This document shows, one piece after another, positions 58,663-64,000 of a DNA stretch of 64,000 bases. The position numbers were made by a program, and so were the translations under genes. Below the pieces are notes generated by a model. That model was not told where the DNA came from. It searched no databases and saw only the letters and a list, made by a program, of their open reading frames with translations. This DNA comes from a virus (Duplodnaviria; Caudoviricetes): positions 64,001-128,000 of the IMG/VR virus record IMGVR_UViG_3300021254_000020. One strand, given 5' to 3'. Numbering within the stretch: position 1 is the stretch's first letter; every line of letters starts with the position of its first letter.

Positions 58663-58747
58663 TGGTGCGCCCGGAGGGGGTCGAACCCTCACTCACTTAA
58701 GAATACGCTCCTAAGGCGTACGTGTATACCTATTTCACCACGGGCGC
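58663..58747 (-). tRNA. trnL: tRNA-Leu (anticodon TAG)
   Basis: GCGCCCG acceptor stem, TGGTGAAATAGGTA D loop, TACGC-CTTAGGA-GCGTA anticodon arm, long variable arm, GAGGG-TTCGACC-CCCTC T arm and encoded CCA. Confidence 0.95.
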
Positions 58748-58777
58748 AACTACTAGTACTATAGTGTTATATCCGTA

Positions 58778-58969
58778 TTATTTTTTAATATCATCTAAAA
58801 CGGAGAAGATAGTAGACAAGATATTCTCCATAGAATCTAACAGCATATCTACCTTGAAGCTAGCGCCTTTATCATCCTTGCCGGGGATAAGCTTCATGAT
58901 ATCTTGCCTTAGTTTATCGAAATCATCATTGATTTTCTTATATTTACCATTCATATTTTCACCTCCCAT
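58778..58969 (-). CDS. Small hypothetical protein
   Basis: Likely starts at MNGKYK (GGAGGTG RBS). Confidence 0.6.
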   Translation of the reverse strand: MGGENMNGKYKKINDDFDKLRQDIMKLIPGKDDKGASFKVDMLLDSMENILSTIFSVLDDIKK

Positions 58970-59046
58970 TAACTGCTTCCACAGTAATAATATGCAATCG
59001 AAATTAAAATTACCCTACTCGTAATTGAGTAGGGTAATGGATTATT

Positions 59047-59679
59047 TTAATTTTTGTATTCATTTGGATTAACAGTGCGGAACTGGCGTACTTCTTCTAT
59101 ATCTAATCCTTCACCATTTCCACCTTTGGAGTACTTATTCTTACATACTACCTGAACTCGTTTGATTTCATCAGAGTCAAAAGTGATATATAACAAATAG
59201 CCTTTATTATTACCAGCATCTAGTATATAAGAGCAAGTGGCATTAGTTACACTATTAACACCATTACTACTTCTAGCCTTTCTCTGAAGAGTAAGTTCTT
59301 TAGTCTGACTAGTCTCATAGTCATAAGAATGAGCATAACCCATTCCATGACCATAATTAGCATATGTATAACCAGTATGCTTCTCAGTATCCATAGCATT
59401 AGTCAGCTGATAGATCTCAGTCTTATTCATACACATAGCACCAGGAACCTGGGAACACCAAGTCAACATCTTCTTCTTTAGCTGAGGAGTAATAGTAAAT
59501 AACTCATTAAAGTATTTACGTTTACTATTCAGATATTTTTGAGAAGCATGTTTATCAGAAGCCCAAGATTCGGTATCAAAAGAATTCTTAATTGAATCCC
59601 ATAATTGCCTACCCATTGTAGATATAGACTCGTTTACTGTAGTGGATTCATTCAAAGAGTCCCATTTAATCAGTTCCAT
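59047..59679 (-). CDS. Putative capsid-packaged protein
   Basis: Leader MELIKWDSLNES...VNES; late promoter variant at 59706-59720. Confidence 0.65.
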   Translation of the reverse strand: MELIKWDSLNESTTVNESISTMGRQLWDSIKNSFDTESWASDKHASQKYLNSKRKYFNELFTITPQLKKKMLTWCSQVPGAMCMNKTEIYQLTNAMDTEKHTGYTYANYGHGMGYAHSYDYETSQTKELTLQRKARSSNGVNSVTNATCSYILDAGNNKGYLLYITFDSDEIKRVQVVCKNKYSKGGNGEGLDIEEVRQFRTVNPNEYKN

Positions 59680-59718
59680 AATATAGCCTCCTTATCAAAT
59701 AAAAATATTACTAAAAAG

Positions 59719-60231
59719 TCATGATGATTTAGGAGGGGTATTATTAGGAACTAGAGTAGGACTAGAAGAAGTTGGTTTAGGAGCACTACTACTAGGAGTA
59801 GATGGCTTAGGAGGAGCAATATCGGTAATCTTTGGAGGAGTAGAACCACCTGCTCCTTTAGAAGCCAATTGTGTCTGTACCTCACTCTTAACCATATCAT
59901 GTACTGGTTGTTTAATCTGATTGAAATCGAATTTTGGAGCATCTGTCCCCAGGAATTGCTTAGTAGTATTGATAGAGTTGTCAGACATTCCTAGTTTGCC
60001 ACCAACCTTATCAACTACCTTGTTTACACCTTTATCAAATACACCATACGCTTTTGTGAGCAACTTATTATTCTTACTATTAAGATACCCACTTCCGATT
60101 GTAGCAGCTGCTACTGGGGCAGCTGCAGCAATATAATTTGCTATATCTGGTAGCATACCCAATTCGAACTCATTCAATGGCTTGAACATACCATCTTCTT
60201 TAATCGAGTCAAATTTTATATATTGCGCCAT
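59719..60231 (-). CDS. Putative capsid-packaged protein with an Ala-rich helix and Pro/Ser tail
   Basis: Leader MAQYIKFDSIKE...PLNE; IAAAAPVAAATIGSGYL; late promoter variant at 60255-60269. Confidence 0.65.
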   Translation of the reverse strand: MAQYIKFDSIKEDGMFKPLNEFELGMLPDIANYIAAAAPVAAATIGSGYLNSKNNKLLTKAYGVFDKGVNKVVDKVGGKLGMSDNSINTTKQFLGTDAPKFDFNQIKQPVHDMVKSEVQTQLASKGAGGSTPPKITDIAPPKPSTPSSSAPKPTSSSPTLVPNNTPPKSS

Positions 60232-60277
60232 TATTATAACCTCCTTATATATTTCATTACTAAGAGGTCACGATGAT

Positions 60278-60589
60278 TTATTCGAATTTCTTCAGTTTTT
60301 CTTTATCGTAATTAATTAATAATTTCCTCTCCTCTTCGGTGAGATCCTTATAATACCTCTTAGGGAATCTATCATGCCACTCACCATTCCATTCATGTAA
60401 TCCATTATATCCTACTGGTTCTCCATCAATAAACTTAGTAGGGGCGCATTCACTACAAAGAGCCTTTCCTTCGGCCCACTCTGGCCACATGTTTTTCATA
60501 TCCTTAGACCAATAGAATCCAATAGCGGTATTATCAATACCACCACATTTCTCACAACAAAACATAGACATAGTATACCCTCCAATCAA
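60278..60589 (-). CDS. Small Zn-binding phage protein
   Basis: MSMFCCEKCGGIDNTA...LCSEC...GEWHDRF. Confidence 0.7.
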   Translation of the reverse strand: MIGGYTMSMFCCEKCGGIDNTAIGFYWSKDMKNMWPEWAEGKALCSECAPTKFIDGEPVGYNGLHEWNGEWHDRFPKRYYKDLTEEERKLLINYDKEKLKKFE

Positions 60590-60635
60590 AAAAGAAACGG
60601 TAATCCGTAGATTACCGTTTGTGTTAGTGGATTAT

Positions 60636-60905
60636 TTAGAACAGACGATCGTTAGCCCGTTCTCTTCTAATCTCCAATAAGATATCTTTGATAACACTAC
60701 CAAGAGCAGCAAGAATTTCAGCATTGATAGGAATTCTAGCCGGTAGTTTACCAAAGTGAACCACACCAGCTCTATTACCAGCAAATAGTAATAGAGACAT
60801 GGCTAGTACAGTCAGACCGACTGTTTTGAGCTGATCTTTAAATCTCTGATCCTCTTTAATCTGCTCAAACTCTTCTTTAGTTAACGTAAACTCTTTCTCT
60901 TCCAT
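60636..60905 (-). CDS. Small membrane protein
   Basis: Hydrophobic segment VGLTVLAMSLLLFAG. Confidence 0.65.
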   Translation of the reverse strand: MEEKEFTLTKEEFEQIKEDQRFKDQLKTVGLTVLAMSLLLFAGNRAGVVHFGKLPARIPINAEILAALGSVIKDILLEIRRERANDRLF

Positions 60906-61064
60906 TTAGTATCCCTCCTACTAAAAAACAAATAGAAATTCCGATACATCCTTTTAGTATAAATAGACTTTCGTCTATTTCACAGCTATAGTATATTATT
61001 GATTTTATATTTGGTTTATTATAAAAAAAAACAATACCCATTTAGGGTATTGTCATTGTATTAA

Positions 61065-61463
61065 TCAATCTTCGTCATCCATATTATTTTGATCGATGAT
61101 CTGTCTAGCCTCATACTGGTATTCAGGAGGTAGGGAATAAACGTCACTATAATTGGTACTTCCTGATATTCTTAGATAATTTAGTTGAGACGTAGCCTGT
61201 ACTTGCTTTTGAACGAATTCATCATGTTCCTTTCTCCATCTCTCCCTAGTCTCCTCATCTACCTCTCCACTGTTACTATGAGTAGTGGTTATTATAGTTA
61301 TGGTAGTTCTAGAATTAGGAATCCCTTGGCTTGATTTAGTAACTACTGGTTTGCTATCAATGTAGTTATCAATAGCCCAACTGATAGTAGAGTCTACTAC
61401 TGAATGAGGATCTACCATCGTTTGGAATAATACTAACTCCTTTTCTACGATATTATGCTCCAT
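61065..61463 (-). CDS. Hypothetical protein
   Basis: 132 aa, AAGGAGG RBS, flanked by hairpins. Confidence 0.65.
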   Translation of the reverse strand: MEHNIVEKELVLFQTMVDPHSVVDSTISWAIDNYIDSKPVVTKSSQGIPNSRTTITIITTTHSNSGEVDEETRERWRKEHDEFVQKQVQATSQLNYLRISGSTNYSDVYSLPPEYQYEARQIIDQNNMDDED

Positions 61464-61523
61464 ACTATACCTCCTTATACAGATAAATGGATCACCTAGA
61501 ATTAACTAGGTGATCCACATGTA

Positions 61524-61850
61524 TTACTTAGTTAGCTTATGCATTTCGATATATACCTTATTATGCTCGAAGAGTTCTTGCTCGATACGATCATATATAT
61601 CAGAGATATTACCGGCAGTGATAGAGCTAAACTTAGCGCCATACGATTTCGTAACACTGATCTGATATTCTTTGAGAGTAGTATTATCTATATAGAGACC
61701 TGATTTATCCTCATAGTCATCATATACCCATGGATCATAATCTGTACTACCCTCATCTATCCAGATGCAATCATATTCCTTATCGTAGACAACACGATTA
61801 GCTTCGATCAGGTGCCTAGAACCATTGGAAACATGAACACATAACAACAT
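61524..61850 (-). CDS. Hypothetical protein
   Basis: 108 aa, AGGAGG RBS. Confidence 0.65.
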   Translation of the reverse strand: MLLCVHVSNGSRHLIEANRVVYDKEYDCIWIDEGSTDYDPWVYDDYEDKSGLYIDNTTLKEYQISVTKSYGAKFSSITAGNISDIYDRIEQELFEHNKVYIEMHKLTK

Positions 61851-61897
61851 AACTTATTCCTCCTATAGATACAAATTCATATCAATATAGTATAACC

Positions 61898-62200
61898 TCA
61901 AATATGAGTCTTATACTTTACTACCTTTTTAGACTTTGGGACGACCTTTGAGAGTATATTTTTAATTTTATTAATAGTCTCCCTACCATCTTTAGAAATT
62001 ACCAGTGCTTTGGCTCTATTGATTCCAACCAACCTACGATGACCTCTAGAACTAAGAGACTGTGCCCTTGGTAAACTATCAATCACAACTACACCGATAT
62101 CTTTTTTACCAACTCCTGTCATGGTTTTATCTCCTCCATATAGATACATAACCATTATTTTGAATTTCATTCTCCATAGCAATGAAGAACTCATTAACAC
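61898..62200 (-). CDS. Small basic hypothetical protein
   Basis: Likely starts at MTGVGKK (GGAGGAG RBS). Confidence 0.5.
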   Translation of the reverse strand: MLMSSSLLWRMKFKIMVMYLYGGDKTMTGVGKKDIGVVVIDSLPRAQSLSSRGHRRLVGINRAKALVISKDGRETINKIKNILSKVVPKSKKVVKYKTHI

Positions 62201-62393
62201 TGCTAAACTTCACAGGAATGGTGCTAAGACCTTTCTTATAGATAACAGCATTGCCGGATACGACATCAGATCCGCTCACCTCTTCAGTATCAGTAGGAAT
62301 ACCATTAGAAAAGTAGATAACCTTTCTTTCATTGTTCCAACCTATCTTTATACATTCCATCATCAGGTTCTTATCTTCGAAGATTACTCGCAT
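62127..62393 (-). CDS. Hypothetical protein
   Basis: 88 aa in an operon. Confidence 0.6.
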   Translation of the reverse strand: MRVIFEDKNLMMECIKIGWNNERKVIYFSNGIPTDTEEVSGSDVVSGNAVIYKKGLSTIPVKFSSVNEFFIAMENEIQNNGYVSIWRR

Positions 62394-62399
62394 ATTTAC

Positions 62400-62708
62400 T
62401 TACTTCTCCTTATCGTGTTCTACGAATACAATCTTGCCCTCTAATGCTCCTAAGTTAGAGGATTCTCTAAACTCATAGGACTTTGGTTTATATCCAGGCT
62501 CTGCATCTTCAGTAAGATACCAGAGATTACTCTCCTTGGGTTCCCACTGTACTGTATAGGGAACTAACTTCTTACCAGCAGGGATATCTATGGTAGTAGT
62601 ACCGCCAAATCTCTTAGTTACATATTGAGCATTTAGCATATAGAATGTTCCTACTATTACCACTACCAAGAAGACAATGAATCCTAAACATCCTTTTCTT
62701 TGGTTCAT
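62400..62708 (-). CDS. Small membrane-anchored phage protein
   Basis: N-terminal TM helix, then QYVTKRFGGTTTIDIPAGKKL...LWYLT...YEFRESS. Confidence 0.7.
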   Translation of the reverse strand: MNQRKGCLGFIVFLVVVIVGTFYMLNAQYVTKRFGGTTTIDIPAGKKLVPYTVQWEPKESNLWYLTEDAEPGYKPKSYEFRESSNLGALEGKIVFVEHDKEK

Positions 62709-63130
62709 TCTATACCCTCCTTCTCCTTTTCCTCTTTCTCCAATTTTTCTATTCTTAGTTTCAGACTATTAGACGCTTCTACATAAGCGTTTCTCAACTG
62801 TTCTGATGCCTCTAGATTATCCTTATACAACTTTAATGCTTGTGCATAATGATCATCTAGCTCTTTGGTGTTATCTATAACCTCTCTTAATTCCTTAGCC
62901 TCTTTAGCTACTATGCACAACTTAATATAGCTTATAGTGTAAAAGGCTAAAACCATGAGGATTAGAAATCTAACTAACTCATAGTTCTCTCCGGCAATAT
63001 TTTTAAATTCATCTCCAAAGATCACTGTAATAGTGAATGAGACTAGTATGATATACATTAAGTCGTCTTTATCATAGACCTTACGTAATATCTCAATCAG
63101 ACCCTTAGACTTCTTTTTCTCATTATCCAT
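62705..63130 (-). CDS. Two-TM membrane protein with a coiled-coil tail
   Basis: Two hydrophobic segments followed by a heptad-rich C-terminus. Confidence 0.65.
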   Translation of the reverse strand: MDNEKKKSKGLIEILRKVYDKDDLMYIILVSFTITVIFGDEFKNIAGENYELVRFLILMVLAFYTISYIKLCIVAKEAKELREVIDNTKELDDHYAQALKLYKDNLEASEQLRNAYVEASNSLKLRIEKLEKEEKEKEGIE

Positions 63131-63704
63131 TGTTTACCTCCAATTTAGAACGATTTATCTTTCTTCTACAATACAGCGGAGCATGCTCAATCATTTTGAT
63201 AACGATTTTATTCAACTTAGTGTTGGGATCGTTCATAACCTCCTCTAAGAAGAATCGGATTTCAGCATTCATAACTTTATCATATTTGGTCTTAGAGGTA
63301 TACCCTTTGTTAATATGGCCAGCCAGACCATTTATGATTAGAAGATATTCAGCAAAAGACACTAGGTCCTCACTAAATATATTAGTCAGTTTATTATCGA
63401 AACCATCTACCTCCAAAGCAACTTGCTCCATCTCATCCCCAATGAACATATCGATCAGCTCTTTTATGATCTGATCTTTGTACTTATTATCTTTTATATC
63501 TAAGCCAGTGAGCTGTCTTTTAGTCTTGCCCATATACTCTGCCAGCTTATCTATATATAGATAAGTTATACCTCTTGTGATCTGATCATCAAACTTCTCA
63601 TCACACTTTCTGAGATATTCAGATTTAGAGGTCACTTCCTCTAATACAATTTTACGTACTCCAAAGAATACACTTTCATTGATTCCATCTGTTGTCCATT
63701 CCAT
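63123..63704 (-). CDS. Hypothetical protein
   Basis: 193 aa, AGGAGG RBS. Confidence 0.7.
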   Translation of the reverse strand: MEWTTDGINESVFFGVRKIVLEEVTSKSEYLRKCDEKFDDQITRGITYLYIDKLAEYMGKTKRQLTGLDIKDNKYKDQIIKELIDMFIGDEMEQVALEVDGFDNKLTNIFSEDLVSFAEYLLIINGLAGHINKGYTSKTKYDKVMNAEIRFFLEEVMNDPNTKLNKIVIKMIEHAPLYCRRKINRSKLEVNNG

Positions 63705-63779
63705 TTCTTTTTCCTCCTAATATATGTATATAGAATATAATATAGGCTAGGGAATTAACCCTAGCCTACAATTACCCAC

Positions 63780-63986
63780 TTAATTACCGACAATAACTTG
63801 TTCTATCAAGTCATGATGGTTCAGAGCCATGAACTTCATATCCTCAGCAGAATTGCTCAGATACATAATTAATAGTTCAGAACCAATCAATTCACCAATA
63901 GAACACTTATGTGCCTTTGCCAAGATCTTAAGAGCCTCGGCCTGATTTTCGGTCAATGTGATACTAATGCGCTTCTTCTCAGACAC
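63780..63986 (-). CDS. Ribbon-helix-helix (CopG-like) DNA-binding protein; the start may lie beyond the window edge
   Basis: KKRISITLTENQAEALKILAKAHKCSIGELI. Confidence 0.65.
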   Translation of the reverse strand: MSEKKRISITLTENQAEALKILAKAHKCSIGELIGSELLIMYLSNSAEDMKFMALNHHDLIEQVIVGN

Positions 63987-64000
63987 AACAGATTTCTTCT

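Noticed and set aside
57895-58692. ORFs 57895..58083 (+) and 58447..58692 (-)
   Set aside because: They lack an RBS and overlap tRNA, tRNA-like and hairpin-rich sequence, so they are better explained as non-coding RNA.
1-64000. Alternative genetic code (stop-codon reassignment)
   Set aside because: Genes are long and tightly packed under the standard code, and TAA, TGA and TAG all end genes. The abundant TAG/CTA reflects CTA Leu usage.

Overview
This window is a segment of an AT-rich jumbo myophage of the AR9/PBS1/phiKZ-type lineage, which encodes its own multisubunit RNA polymerase. Strong AGGAGG ribosome-binding sites (RBS) suggest a Bacillota host. Nearly all genes are on the minus strand. 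From left to right: the 5' part of the major capsid protein gene (missed by the ORF track, runs off the left edge); head proteins; a beta'-type RNA polymerase subunit with the DFDGD motif; a gp26-like baseplate/tail assembly protein with a candidate -1 frameshift; a gp25-like wedge protein; a plus-strand early/middle block that includes a PC4/YdbC ssDNA-binding protein; a large tail/hub-like protein; an HNH-AP2 homing endonuclease; and a Zn-finger PD-(D/E)XK nuclease. Next come a non-coding ~36-nt-period dual-repeat (TIGR-like) array with a 26-aa amphipathic peptide gene, a MYG1 exonuclease, a GNAT, and multi-domain enzyme polyproteins (transglutaminase-like, Nudix, P-loop kinase). The most striking feature is a ~17 kb tandem array of ~17 paralogous pro-proteins (38.1-55.2 kb), each with an acidic N-terminal pro-domain, a hypervariable centre and, in most members, a Gly/Ala hydrophobic helix plus a cationic amphipathic helical hairpin. 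These and many other genes sit behind AR9-like late promoters (NACA-N6-TAAT) and begin with short leaders ending in [LIV]-x-E, suggesting a large capsid-packaged, protease-matured cargo system. The right end holds tRNA-Leu(TAG), a large structured ncRNA candidate, a tRNA-like element with a 15-nt anticodon loop, and small early genes. All assignments come from reading motifs by eye; no database searches were run.
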